A DNA stretch of 64,000 nucleotides from a virus (taxonomy: Duplodnaviria; Caudoviricetes). Both the position numbers and the translations under genes were made by a program. The DNA lies in the IMG/VR virus record IMGVR_UViG_2907128583_000005, positions 128,001 through 192,000 of that record. One strand, given 5' to 3'. Positions 47,881 through 57,960 of this stretch are shown here, piece by piece. Each line of letters opens with the position of its first letter. Position 1 is the stretch's first letter. A model generated the notes under the pieces. It was not told where the DNA came from, ran no database searches, and saw only the letters and a program-made list of their open reading frames with translations.

Positions 47881-48567
47881 ATGGCAGCACCAAAGAAAAT
47901 GGAGATAGCTAATACTGAAAATACAAACAATGAATCTACTCAAAAAACAGTAAGAGAAATCGCATTAGAAGATCAAGTTGCTAAACTCACTTCTTTAGTT
48001 GAAGACTTACTGGAGAAAAATAAAAAAATTGAAACTTCTCATGAGGAAATCAAAACAGAAACTAAAAAAGTAAACTCTCTGTTCGAATCTGTTGAGGATA
48101 AATTAGATATTGATCCCCGTGAATACATTAGAGTTATTTCTTTAACTAATGGTGGGTTAAATCTAACAGGCACTACATCTACCATTAGATTCAATGATTT
48201 TGGCAGCTCTAAAACGATTACTTTCGAAGATGTGCGAGCAATTGTAGACAACCATACTAAGTTTGCTCATGAAGGGGCGTTCTTGATTCAAAGTGAAAAA
48301 GCGGTTAAAGCCTTGTATCTGGATGATGTTTACCAAAAATTTGTGAGTCGTGAAACAATTGATAATATTATCTCTCTTGATATTGATGAAATTGTTGATA
48401 CATTAAATTCTGTTTCTCCAACGTTAAAAGAAAATATCATTGAAAGAATTGTGGTTGGCATTGCGGCTAATGATAGTAGATTCCAAGATAGATACAAAAT
48501 AGACTCTATTGGTAAATTGATCAAACAAGATCTGTATGAACTGGCTAAAGTAAAGAATAGCGTGTAA
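47881..48567 (+). CDS. YonA-like conserved phage protein
   Basis: Synteny; GGAGG RBS. Confidence 0.65.
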   Translation: MAAPKKMEIANTENTNNESTQKTVREIALEDQVAKLTSLVEDLLEKNKKIETSHEEIKTETKKVNSLFESVEDKLDIDPREYIRVISLTNGGLNLTGTTSTIRFNDFGSSKTITFEDVRAIVDNHTKFAHEGAFLIQSEKAVKALYLDDVYQKFVSRETIDNIISLDIDEIVDTLNSVSPTLKENIIERIVVGIAANDSRFQDRYKIDSIGKLIKQDLYELAKVKNSV

Positions 48568-48579
48568 AGGGGATTAATC

Positions 48580-49005
48580 ATGACCCCATATTCAAAAATA
48601 TTTGAGAGATTTCAAGGTAAAATTCAGGATTATACAATCGATGAAATGTTTCTAAATTCGATTGAAGATTATGAAGACTATCTTATGGGATTTCTTAAAT
48701 CAGGCTTGGTTAAGTTCAGCTACTGTAAAAATGATCTGTCTGACAGAGACGAGGAAAACAGAAGCTTTACTGCCGATTTAACGGAGTTAGAACAAGAAAT
48801 ACTCTCACAGCTAATGCTTGGCGAATGGTTTGAAAAAGAGGTAAATAATATTCTTGATATGAGATTGGCGATTTCTTCATCTGACTGGAAAAGATATAGC
48901 GAATCTCAGAACTTTAAAGAAAAAGCTGTACTACGTGATAAGGCTATTGAACGTGCTGATTCGTTAATGATGCAATACTATTTGAAAAATATGAGCGTGA
49001 ATTAG
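48580..49005 (+). CDS. head-tail adaptor candidate (YomZ-like)
   Basis: TPYSKIFERF..KI.DY...F..DLT..EQEILS.LM..EW; synteny. Confidence 0.65.
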   Translation: MTPYSKIFERFQGKIQDYTIDEMFLNSIEDYEDYLMGFLKSGLVKFSYCKNDLSDRDEENRSFTADLTELEQEILSQLMLGEWFEKEVNNILDMRLAISSSDWKRYSESQNFKEKAVLRDKAIERADSLMMQYYLKNMSVN

Positions 49006-49006
49006 T

Positions 49007-50203
49007 ATGAGTTACAAGGCATACAAGTCATATCTGTCTAACTGTAAAACAACTGTTAGAGACAGAAATATTGCCCACACAAAGCAAGTTATGAATTCAA
49101 CTTTCTCGCAATCTCCTAGTTATTATCAAGTGAGTATCAATGGAGACGATAATCAAGAAGTTTGGATTACTGATGATGGAGATATTCGTGAACAAAAGAA
49201 TATTGTTGCAATGAATCATCCGTTAAAAATGGGTGATTTGGTTGTATGGAAAGATAGGACTTGGCTATGTAATCATGTTGATGATATGGAATTATATCAT
49301 CGTGGCGTGATTCTAATTTGTTACTCAACTCTTAAATGGTTAGACGATCAAGGAGAAATTAAAGAAGCTCCCTTCTCCTTTAAATCTGATACATCATCTA
49401 ATTTTGGCATCCAAGAAGGAAGAATCCTGATGATGCCTAATGAAAGACGACAAATAACAATCCAAAAGAATAATGAGACTGAGAAAATAAAGAAAAATAG
49501 GCGTTTTATTATTGATGGTCGTGCTTGGAAAACCGTGGGGATCAATCGTCTAATTGATGGATTAATAAATTTGACATTAGAAGAGCAAGATTTAATCCCT
49601 GCTGACAATTTAGAACTTGAGATTGCCGATTACAATGGCAACATTGCTGACTACCAACTGAGGGTTTTGAATGTTAAGGACACTGTTGCTATAGAAGAAA
49701 ATCAGACTCTTCAGTTGAACATTGAACTAACCAATAATTCAAAGGTAATGGAAGTTGATGATCAAATTACATACTCTGTCGCTGATGAAACAGTTTTAAG
49801 GGTCTCTCCAACTGGTTTAGTAACCCCTTTAAAAAAAGGAACAAGTAAAATAACCATTTCATTCAGAAATATTTCTCAAACTATTCAAGTTAATGTTACG
49901 TCCTCCACTACAAATAATTATTCAGCTCACATCACTGGCGACGACTTTATTAAATATAACATGACTAAATCCTTCACTTGTTCGTTTAAGGATAATGGGG
50001 TTGCTCGACAAGACAAAGCTTGTTTTTGGTTAACCGAGTCTGATGGTTCAACACCCACCACTTTAGCCAGTATAATCGAACAAGATGGACAAGCCTGTAA
50101 AATTAAAGCCAACAACAAGAAAGGCAGAGTTATTTTGCATGTCGAAAACTCTACCAGATTAGCTTATGCAACAAAAGAAATTGAAATAAAATCATTACTA
50201 TAA
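49007..50203 (+). CDS. head-closure/neck protein with C-terminal Ig-like (Big_2) domain
   Basis: ITYSVADETVLRVSPTGLVTPLKKGTSKITI Ig-like motif; synteny. Confidence 0.7.
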   Translation: MSYKAYKSYLSNCKTTVRDRNIAHTKQVMNSTFSQSPSYYQVSINGDDNQEVWITDDGDIREQKNIVAMNHPLKMGDLVVWKDRTWLCNHVDDMELYHRGVILICYSTLKWLDDQGEIKEAPFSFKSDTSSNFGIQEGRILMMPNERRQITIQKNNETEKIKKNRRFIIDGRAWKTVGINRLIDGLINLTLEEQDLIPADNLELEIADYNGNIADYQLRVLNVKDTVAIEENQTLQLNIELTNNSKVMEVDDQITYSVADETVLRVSPTGLVTPLKKGTSKITISFRNISQTIQVNVTSSTTNNYSAHITGDDFIKYNMTKSFTCSFKDNGVARQDKACFWLTESDGSTPTTLASIIEQDGQACKIKANNKKGRVILHVENSTRLAYATKEIEIKSLL

Positions 50204-50214
50204 GGAGTGTATCC

Positions 50215-50724
50215 ATGCAAGCCATCATCCGTTTTGGAGAACTTAAGCTTGAGCAATTTATTCAAGGAGCTACAAATAATTGGCTTATTTTTTCTCCCCT
50301 CCCCTACTCTATGCAGCACTCATCTGGGATTGATAACTCTGTAATTATTAGTGCTACACCTACAATTGAAATCATTGATGCTGATCTAGACGTAGCTATT
50401 AATCCACAATATAAATATGCTTATTCGATTGCTACAGATAATAAACTTAAATTAGCATTTTCCAAGGAAACACACGCCGACAAAGGATCTGCACTTGAAG
50501 CTCTAAAATGCATTGCCCTTACATATGAACTTGGTAATCTACAACCTAATGGTAATTATTATAAGGTTAAGGTTCGTAATAGTCTTGGCGAGGAAATTCA
50601 CCGAACTACTCCACTTACTCTGGATCAGGTAGATAAGGTCGTCGCTACATTTGATGATACAAGGGATATGAACACTAGTGGTTTTCTGGAATATGTACTG
50701 ACCAGAGATTTTATTGTGAACTAA
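50215..50724 (+). CDS. hypothetical virion-module protein
   Basis: AAGGAG RBS within the structural operon. Confidence 0.65.
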   Translation: MQAIIRFGELKLEQFIQGATNNWLIFSPLPYSMQHSSGIDNSVIISATPTIEIIDADLDVAINPQYKYAYSIATDNKLKLAFSKETHADKGSALEALKCIALTYELGNLQPNGNYYKVKVRNSLGEEIHRTTPLTLDQVDKVVATFDDTRDMNTSGFLEYVLTRDFIVN

Positions 50725-50725
50725 C

Positions 50726-51202
50726 ATGTCTCGATTTAGAGAATTAGGATCTCTCAGAACAAAAGTCTTAGAAAAGCTAATTAGCTCACAAGAATTATGT
50801 AAGGCTTTACAGTACGATAATAGCAACTATTTAAATCGAGAGACAATAGATGATCCATCTTCTCTATTGTTCAATAAAATATACCCCTACAATCATGTTC
50901 CTGAGTTATCTAGTGACGCTTCCTCGTATGTTACTTTTTCCTTTAAAGAATACAGACCGACAGATAATTTGAAATTCAAGTCTGCCCTGCTACACTTTCA
51001 AGTTTTGGTGCATAAAGATTTAATAAGAACCGATTATGAAAATCTGAGATACGACGATATTATTGCTGCCATTGATGAACTATTTAACGATGAACGAATC
51101 TTAGGAATTGGAAAATTAGAGTTTTACCGTATGGATGAGATGTTCGTAAATACAAATTATGTGGGTTACTACTTACAATACAAGTTATATGAATTTAAGT
51201 AG
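50726..51202 (+). CDS. tail terminator/completion protein candidate (YomW-like)
   Basis: LRYD.I...IDELFN....GIGKLEF motif; synteny. Confidence 0.65.
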   Translation: MSRFRELGSLRTKVLEKLISSQELCKALQYDNSNYLNRETIDDPSSLLFNKIYPYNHVPELSSDASSYVTFSFKEYRPTDNLKFKSALLHFQVLVHKDLIRTDYENLRYDDIIAAIDELFNDERILGIGKLEFYRMDEMFVNTNYVGYYLQYKLYEFK

Positions 51203-51210
51203 GTGGTCAT

Positions 51211-51924
51211 TTGGATGAATTAGATATCCATTTCAAGTTACTTGGCGGTAGACCAATTTACATCGAGCAAGCTGGCTACCTAACAATCCCCTCTCTTGAA
51301 AAAATCGTTGATATAAACATGTCTCTGTATAATTCTTTCCTGGCATCTCTCCTTATAGATAAAACTATGATAAAAAGCGACTTAGACAATAATGTTACGA
51401 ATTTTGATATCTTTTATGCAAACTGCTATCACAATGAAGAGTTTAAGGCTAATGCATTTGCAGCAATATACTTGTTTTTTAGTGAGAGTCCAACCCTAAA
51501 AGAATCGGAAAATAATGTTTATATTGAGATTGGTAAGGGGCAAATAAATCATAGTAATTTTAATATAATCCAAAAGATTATAAGGCTTGGTAATAATGTA
51601 GAGATACAGAATGAGCCTGAATTTAAACCTGCTAACTCACGTGCTAAGAAGATGATAGAGATGATTTTAAAGAATCGAGCCAAACAACCAAAAGTAAAAG
51701 AAAAAATTGACTTACATAGTATAGTTGCAGGTTTAGCTTGGAAAGACAACGGGTTAAGCCTTTTTGATTTGTATAAAATGAATATTTATCAAATCTACAA
51801 CGGTCTGTATGTCAGTAACAATATCGATAACTATCACCACACAATAACAGCTCTTTATGCTGGAACACTTGATGGTAAGAGTATAAAGATGGCTGACATA
51901 CATTGGGCAAACAAATTAAAATAA
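51211..51924 (+). CDS. YomV-like tail-module protein
   Basis: FNIIQKIIR..N, KPANSRAK and MNIYQ motifs; synteny. Confidence 0.65.
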   Translation: MDELDIHFKLLGGRPIYIEQAGYLTIPSLEKIVDINMSLYNSFLASLLIDKTMIKSDLDNNVTNFDIFYANCYHNEEFKANAFAAIYLFFSESPTLKESENNVYIEIGKGQINHSNFNIIQKIIRLGNNVEIQNEPEFKPANSRAKKMIEMILKNRAKQPKVKEKIDLHSIVAGLAWKDNGLSLFDLYKMNIYQIYNGLYVSNNIDNYHHTITALYAGTLDGKSIKMADIHWANKLK

Positions 51925-51942
51925 GAAAGATGTGTGATCATA

Positions 51943-52737
51943 TTGACACCTAATACTTGGGCAATCCGTGAGGTTGCACTTGCTACGTTTTATGATAAGA
52001 AAACTGGTAAAGCAAAGATTCAACTCCAAAATCTTAAAACATCGGGAATTGAGAACACTGCAACCACTGTATATGCAATGGGTGGCCGTGGTAATAACCG
52101 TATTGTTGGTTTTTCTGGAGATCGTGGCGGTAAGGTATCGTTGCAAGACGCTATTTTTACAAACGAAGTTATTGCAATGATGACTGGTAATGATATTAAG
52201 AGTGGACAAGTTCCTATCAAATATCGCGATATTATTAAAGTAATTGACGATAAGGCAACATTGAAATACACTCCTGCTACTCCTGTTAATGGACTAAATA
52301 GTGTTTACACGCTCTCTGAGGATCAAGTTCATCTTGAAGAAATTACATTTGCGACTGGTACTCTTGGAGATAAGCAATACAAGATTGAAGGTAAAGAATT
52401 AACATTTAAAACAGGTGAGTTTACTAATGGCACAGAATTGGTTGCTTATTATACGACTCAAACAGGTGCTTCAGCAAAACAAATAACAGTTAGCTCTGAT
52501 AAGTTCGCTGGTACATATGAATTGATTCTAGATTGCTTGATCCGGGATACAGTCACTAAACAAGATTTTGCGGCACAAATTCAAATTTTCGATGCCAAGA
52601 TGGAAGATAACTGGAACCTTACTATGGCTGCCGAAGGAGACCCTTCTGTATTTGACATTCCAATTGAGATTTTGAAACCAGTAAATCGTAAAGAAACCTA
52701 TATCATGACAATCTATGATGAAGATGAACTTGTATAA
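51943..52737 (+). CDS. major tail tube protein (YomU-like)
   Basis: LK.S.IE......YA.GGRGN and MAAEGDPSVF motifs; followed by a terminator. Confidence 0.8.
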   Translation: MTPNTWAIREVALATFYDKKTGKAKIQLQNLKTSGIENTATTVYAMGGRGNNRIVGFSGDRGGKVSLQDAIFTNEVIAMMTGNDIKSGQVPIKYRDIIKVIDDKATLKYTPATPVNGLNSVYTLSEDQVHLEEITFATGTLGDKQYKIEGKELTFKTGEFTNGTELVAYYTTQTGASAKQITVSSDKFAGTYELILDCLIRDTVTKQDFAAQIQIFDAKMEDNWNLTMAAEGDPSVFDIPIEILKPVNRKETYIMTIYDEDELV

Positions 52738-52752
52738 TTAAAAACTAATTTT

Positions 52753-52788
52753 GAGTGGGTAGACAATCATGTCTAGCCACTCTTTATT
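52753..52788 (+). terminator. intrinsic terminator after major tail gene
   Basis: GAGTGGGTAGACA-atca-TGTCTAGCCACTC followed by TTTATTTT. Confidence 0.75.
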
Positions 52789-52807
52789 TTAGGGAGGATG
52801 AAACTTT

Positions 52808-53590
52808 ATTTGTACAGAAACTATTACAATAGCATCTCCAATTAGAAATAGAGCTTGGATACTTCCTTTATATCTTGAACACATCAGAAATATTGAATAT
52901 CCCAAAAATAAAATTGAGTTACTGTTTGTTGTAAATGATTCTCAAGATGAGTCACTTAACATATTGACTGAATTCAAGAAAACTCATCACGAATATAAAA
53001 AAATACGAATTGAGAAATATAACCGCAATGTCCCAGAAGACAAACGAGATTTAAGCACTAGGAATAACTATGTATACACTCATTTGAGTATTTTAAAGAA
53101 TTATGTCATGACCAAAGCCAGAACAGATAGATTGTTATTTGTCGACAGTGATATCCTTGTTCAACCTGATATTATTAATAATCTACTCAAATCAAACAAA
53201 GATATTATTTCAGGATTGATTTGGAACGGATATATAGCTAATATCGATAAGCCTTACCTTTATCCCAACATCATGAAGATAACTGAACAGGGATTGTACA
53301 AACACATCGTAAACAGTTATGTCAAAAAAGCCCCCTCTCTCTCCTCTTCATTTCTTATAAAAGTTGATCTTACAGGGGCAGTTATTATGTTAAGCCGTAA
53401 AGTCTACAAGTCAGTAAAATACGGATTTCATCCGCAAGGCGAGGATGCATACTTTTGTAAAATGGCTCAGGACAAAGGGTTTGAGCTTTTTTGTGATTTA
53501 AGTGTGTTTTCGAATCATATTATGAGTCCAGAATATTTAAGGGAGTTCTTAAATGAAACAAAAAATAATACTTTATCCACCCACCCTTAA
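52808..53590 (+). CDS. GT-A fold (GT2-like) glycosyltransferase, probable ATT start
   Basis: In-frame extension upstream of the called ORF gives ITIASPIRNRAWILPLYL...FVVNDSQDES; FVDSD DxD motif; GED..FC motif. Confidence 0.88.
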   Translation: MCTETITIASPIRNRAWILPLYLEHIRNIEYPKNKIELLFVVNDSQDESLNILTEFKKTHHEYKKIRIEKYNRNVPEDKRDLSTRNNYVYTHLSILKNYVMTKARTDRLLFVDSDILVQPDIINNLLKSNKDIISGLIWNGYIANIDKPYLYPNIMKITEQGLYKHIVNSYVKKAPSLSSSFLIKVDLTGAVIMLSRKVYKSVKYGFHPQGEDAYFCKMAQDKGFELFCDLSVFSNHIMSPEYLREFLNETKNNTLSTHP

Positions 53591-54557
53591 CTGGGATTTC
53601 CTCACGCAACGTCCTCAACAGATTGTTAAGCAATTTGCTCGAAGAGGTTGGACAGTGGTTTTCTGCAATAACACTCAATCAGACAAGCCGCCCGAAGAAG
53701 TAGAGCCTAATTTATTTGTCTATCACAGTTTCGAAGAAGTACTTAAATTAATTAAGCATAGAAGCATTAAAGTAGATATATTTTATTACACTTGGGCAAA
53801 ATCGGCTCAATATGTCGAAGATATAAAAGCAAAGATTAATATTTATGATTCAGTTGATAGTTTTAGCGATTGGTATGAGTATGAAGATGATGCCATTAAG
53901 AAAGCCGACATTGTGTTAACGTCTAGTCAGTTTCTGTATGACCTTAGAAGCAAAAGCAGTGAAAGTACATATCTAGTCAGAAATGCTTGTCCAGAATCGT
54001 ATATAAATAAACCCTCACAAATTCCTGAAGAATATAAAACATTAAATGGCCCAATTGCCCTCTTTTCAGGTGCTATTGGCTCTTGGGTAGATACTCGTCT
54101 GATTCGTAAAGTTGCAGAGAAATATACTACTGTACTTGTGGGACAAGAGTTTGGCAAGGAATGTCCATCAAATGTTATTAAATTGGGAACCAAGGATCAC
54201 GACGACCTTTACAACTATTATGCTCATGCTGATGTATGTCTCCTTCCCTTCAATACGAAATTGGAAATCACACAAGCAGCATGTGCTATTAAAATGTTCG
54301 AACATATGGCTGCGGGTAAAATCACTGTAGCTACCAAATGGATGGAAACAGAGATTTATGATGAAGCTGTTCTAGTTGCTGATAATGACGATGAATTTTT
54401 AGCCCAAGTCGACAAAGCAATCGAACTTGGAAAAATGGATACCTATAAGGATATATGCCTTAAACACGCTAAAGAAAATACATGGGAGAAACGTTCTGAA
54501 CAGATACTTAAAGCCATTAATGATTACTGTTTAAAGAGTGGTGTTATACTTGACTGA
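53553..54557 (+). CDS. GT-B fold (GT4/TuaH-like) glycosyltransferase
   Basis: QRPQQIVKQFARRG, IYDSVD, FSGAIGSWVD, ADVCLLPF, IKMFEHMAAGK. Confidence 0.92.
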   Translation: MKQKIILYPPTLNWDFLTQRPQQIVKQFARRGWTVVFCNNTQSDKPPEEVEPNLFVYHSFEEVLKLIKHRSIKVDIFYYTWAKSAQYVEDIKAKINIYDSVDSFSDWYEYEDDAIKKADIVLTSSQFLYDLRSKSSESTYLVRNACPESYINKPSQIPEEYKTLNGPIALFSGAIGSWVDTRLIRKVAEKYTTVLVGQEFGKECPSNVIKLGTKDHDDLYNYYAHADVCLLPFNTKLEITQAACAIKMFEHMAAGKITVATKWMETEIYDEAVLVADNDDEFLAQVDKAIELGKMDTYKDICLKHAKENTWEKRSEQILKAINDYCLKSGVILD

Positions 54558-55521
54558 AAAATTGAAAGTGCTTTTTACAAATAATGCAGCGTTAATCAAG
54601 TATGGTATTGCGTCAGGCTTTAAAAACCTTGGATGTGACACTTATATTATGGATGGTAGATACCAACTGTGGGATAAGTCTAAGGAAATCCAGAGTGAGT
54701 TATTCAAAGAGGTAGTTGAAAATTATAAACCCGACATTGTATTCTCAGAATGCTTTGCGAACTTTGCTGAAGATATATTTGAACACACTAAAGAAAAAGG
54801 CATTTTCCATGCTTATTGGGCAATCGAAGATACTCCTCATGACCACTGGATAGGCGACTACTGGTCAGACTATGCTGATCACATCTTTACTACCACCGCC
54901 GAATGTTTACAAAATTACTGGAGCAAAGGGAAAAAAGCAGAGTTAATGCTATTTGGGTGTAACCCCTCCTTCCACAAGACAGTATCCGCTAAGGCAAGTT
55001 ATGATATTTCACTAGTAGCTAATAACTACGAACGAAGATCTAAACAAACGAAAGGCTTTATTTTGCCCTTGGTTGAACAAGGATTTGATATATCTATTTA
55101 CGGTAATGATTGGTGGATGGATGGAAACCGTGAAATAAATTTGGTGAGTCATCCTCATGTATATAAGGGATATAAGGCATATGAAGAACTCCCTCTACTC
55201 TACTCTTCTTCAAAAATTATCATTGGACAAAACTTAGACGATCATTCTATCACACAAACTTCAATGAGGCCGTTTGAAGCTATTGCAATTGGTGGAGGTG
55301 TATTTGTATCCCCTTGGACTAAAGCTCAAGAGTATCTATTCCATGACTTAATCTATCTCCCCAATACGACTGAAGAAATGATTCAAATGGTAAACGAAGT
55401 TCTTAATATGACGGACAGACAGCGAAAAATCAAAGCAAAAAAAGCACAAAGATTTGTATATAAATATCACAATTACGACATTAGAGCATCACAAGTTGTT
55501 GATGCTTATTTTTGTCGTTAA
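54550..55521 (+). CDS. CgeB-like glycosyltransferase (Glyco_trans_1_2 type)
   Basis: WAIEDTP, ADHIFTT, GCNPSFH, YDISLVAN, LYSSSKI, MRPFEAIAIGG, HNYDIRA. Confidence 0.9.
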   Translation: MTEKLKVLFTNNAALIKYGIASGFKNLGCDTYIMDGRYQLWDKSKEIQSELFKEVVENYKPDIVFSECFANFAEDIFEHTKEKGIFHAYWAIEDTPHDHWIGDYWSDYADHIFTTTAECLQNYWSKGKKAELMLFGCNPSFHKTVSAKASYDISLVANNYERRSKQTKGFILPLVEQGFDISIYGNDWWMDGNREINLVSHPHVYKGYKAYEELPLLYSSSKIIIGQNLDDHSITQTSMRPFEAIAIGGGVFVSPWTKAQEYLFHDLIYLPNTTEEMIQMVNEVLNMTDRQRKIKAKKAQRFVYKYHNYDIRASQVVDAYFCR

Positions 55522-55536
55522 GGGAGAGTGTAATTA

Positions 55537-56064
55537 TTGGCTAAGAAGTTAACAGCAACTGAACTCAATAAGTTAAAGACTAGTCTAAATAAAAAGAAAA
55601 ATGAGTACATCAAAACTAATGATGGAGAAGAATACGAAGTTGCTGTAAGCGTTGAATTTCGCGACTCTCTAATCGAGAACGTTGCTATGTCTTATATTGG
55701 ATACCTTCAAGAGTTACGTGAAACATCAAAAAATGATCAACTGGACAATGAATTGATTAAAGGGACATTGAAACTAGTTCCTGTTTTAGCATTTAGAGAG
55801 TTTACCAATATTCCCGTTCCAAAAAAGGCTACACTGAAAGAAATCATTGGGCTATCTGAATTGCTTGCAGATAAAGGTATTACAGAGGCGCTTTTGAGTA
55901 AGTTTCCTGCAGGTGAATATCAAAAGATTGTCAATAAGATTAAACAGGCTGCGAAAAGTGCTAAGGCAACCGTAGGAGAAATTATGTTAGCCAATGCTTT
56001 AAATCAGGATGGTGATGATAATGGATTTCAACAATCTGACGGATCTAATGAAACAACTGGATGA
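55537..56064 (+). CDS. tail assembly chaperone candidate (YomO-like)
   Basis: KKLT N-terminus, REFTNIP motif; synteny. Confidence 0.6.
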   Translation: MAKKLTATELNKLKTSLNKKKNEYIKTNDGEEYEVAVSVEFRDSLIENVAMSYIGYLQELRETSKNDQLDNELIKGTLKLVPVLAFREFTNIPVPKKATLKEIIGLSELLADKGITEALLSKFPAGEYQKIVNKIKQAAKSAKATVGEIMLANALNQDGDDNGFQQSDGSNETTG

Positions 56065-56449
56065 ACAAATTGCTGAGACATTAAAGGTTGATGTAGGCAA
56101 TACCGCAAAAGAAATAATGAAAGATAAGATTCAGGAAGAAGTGTATTCCGTATATTCCCCTACTGTTTATCAGCGACAAGGCGAACATGGTGGATTAACC
56201 GATGACGAAAACATCGAAGTAAGAATGATAGCTAAGGACACTGTATCTATCGAAAGTAAACGTATGGATGATGGTAGGAATGTGAGTGAAATTGTTGAGA
56301 CGGGTCAAGGATACCAATATTCGTTTCCTTACGCTGGAGTAGCAAGACCATTCACCGAAGCAACTAGAGAAGAATTGGAGAATAGCGGCGTAGTCGAAGC
56401 TATTTTATATAAGGGATTACGTAAAAAAGGATTGGACGTACAGAAATAA
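56021..56449 (+). CDS. YomN-like tail completion protein (HK97 gp10-like position)
   Basis: IQEEVY.VYSP.VYQR and ARPF motifs. Confidence 0.7.
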   Translation: MDFNNLTDLMKQLDEQIAETLKVDVGNTAKEIMKDKIQEEVYSVYSPTVYQRQGEHGGLTDDENIEVRMIAKDTVSIESKRMDDGRNVSEIVETGQGYQYSFPYAGVARPFTEATREELENSGVVEAILYKGLRKKGLDVQK

Positions 56450-56488
56450 AGTAAAACTAAAAAATATTAAACAATATAAGGAGAATAT

Positions 56489-56809
56489 ATGAAAATCAAT
56501 AAACACATGATTGCATTTTTTATTTATGGTTTAAACACATTAATTGATAATGGGGAAAACATAAACAAAACTGATATGCTAAAACTTATAGAATCAAAAG
56601 ATATTATTTCATACCTAAACAGAACTTTCAAATTAAAATATTGGGATTTTACAGTACTGATAAAATATGAAGACGACTTGTCTGATCGATTAATGGAATA
56701 TTATCCTTACCTCAGTAACGATAGTTATAGTAAATTTGGTGTTGAAAACAATGGCTATATTATATTAAATTCTATTGCGACAGGTTTGCTATTGGATTTT
56801 AATGACTAA
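56489..56809 (+). CDS. hypothetical protein (AT-rich, accessory)
   Basis: AAGGAG RBS. Confidence 0.65.
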   Translation: MKINKHMIAFFIYGLNTLIDNGENINKTDMLKLIESKDIISYLNRTFKLKYWDFTVLIKYEDDLSDRLMEYYPYLSNDSYSKFGVENNGYIILNSIATGLLLDFND

Positions 56810-56945
56810 GAAATTAGGCCATGAATATAAATTCTTGGTTGTGATGTAATTTATGAAAATACATGGGAGTGTTTCTTAATGAATCCAAAACAACGTGATG
56901 AGTTCACCTAAATACTCATTAATAATACATAAGGATTTGATGTGA

Positions 56946-57947
56946 ATGAGCAAAAAAGAAGTAAAAAAGAATACTTTGCGCGAACCAGCTAAAAAGCAAG
57001 CCGAAGTCACAGATGATATGTGGCAGCAAGTCAATGAAGATTATAGATTTAATGCTGAAGAGTTTGTTTCTGTGCAGGATCTTTCCCCTCAATCTCGCAA
57101 ACAATACACGAGTGTAATTAGGCAGTTTGGCTGGTACATGGTTAACTCTATGAACAACAAGCCATTTTACAAAATTACAAAGAGAGACTTTCTTCGTTAC
57201 CTAAGCTATATACGCGACAATAGAAAAATGTCCTCGTCAGCAATCAGTTTTAGAAAGTCTGTCATTTCAAGTTTTTGTAATCATATAGAAAACATCATCG
57301 CAGAAGAAGATGAAAACTATAAGAGCTTCCGAAATTTCACTCGTGGCCTCCCTTCTATCGCCAAGAATCGCGTTTATGAAAAAATTAAGGTTACTAAAGA
57401 TGAATATGACATGATGATGAGCGTTTTAGAAGAAGACGAAAACTGGCTTGGAATGGCTTGGTTGGCTACCGCTTTTAGAGTTGGTGCTCGACGATCAGAG
57501 ATCATTCAGTTTAAGACTGAAATATTGGATTATGAAGTGTCGGATGACAAAAATTATATTATGACCCACAATGTAAGAGGTAAAGGAAAATCAATCGACG
57601 GAAAGCCAATTCAATATATGATTCCATTAGACGTTATTCCCCATCTGAGAAAATGGGTTGATTCTCGTGGCTATGATAGCGAATATATTTTTACTACTAA
57701 ATACGGAAATGAAATTAAAGCGATGTCTCCTGCTTGGGCAGATGACTTTTGTTCTAATACCCTCTCTGATATTTTAGAGCGTAGGGTTAATGTTCATATT
57801 TTCAAAAATTCATGTATCACATATCTCCTTGAAAGTGGGAAAGATATTAAGATAGTCTCCAAGTTTGTGGCGCATCACAATGATATTTCCACTACCTCTA
57901 TTTATGACCTGCGTGATTTTGAAGATGAGAAAAATAAGATTTTTTAA
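56946..57947 (+). CDS. YomM-like tyrosine recombinase
   Basis: GARRSE (R), GKGK (K), HIFK in place of HxxR, AHH, TTSIY (Y); position before tape measure as in SPbeta. Confidence 0.9.
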   Translation: MSKKEVKKNTLREPAKKQAEVTDDMWQQVNEDYRFNAEEFVSVQDLSPQSRKQYTSVIRQFGWYMVNSMNNKPFYKITKRDFLRYLSYIRDNRKMSSSAISFRKSVISSFCNHIENIIAEEDENYKSFRNFTRGLPSIAKNRVYEKIKVTKDEYDMMMSVLEEDENWLGMAWLATAFRVGARRSEIIQFKTEILDYEVSDDKNYIMTHNVRGKGKSIDGKPIQYMIPLDVIPHLRKWVDSRGYDSEYIFTTKYGNEIKAMSPAWADDFCSNTLSDILERRVNVHIFKNSCITYLLESGKDIKIVSKFVAHHNDISTTSIYDLRDFEDEKNKIF

Positions 57948-57960
57948 TTAGCTTGACCCA

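Noticed and set aside
52798-52845. ATG at 52798 as start of the first glycosyltransferase
   Set aside because: It is out of frame, abuts the RBS and stops after 15 codons; ATT 52808 is in frame. A sequencing indel cannot be excluded.
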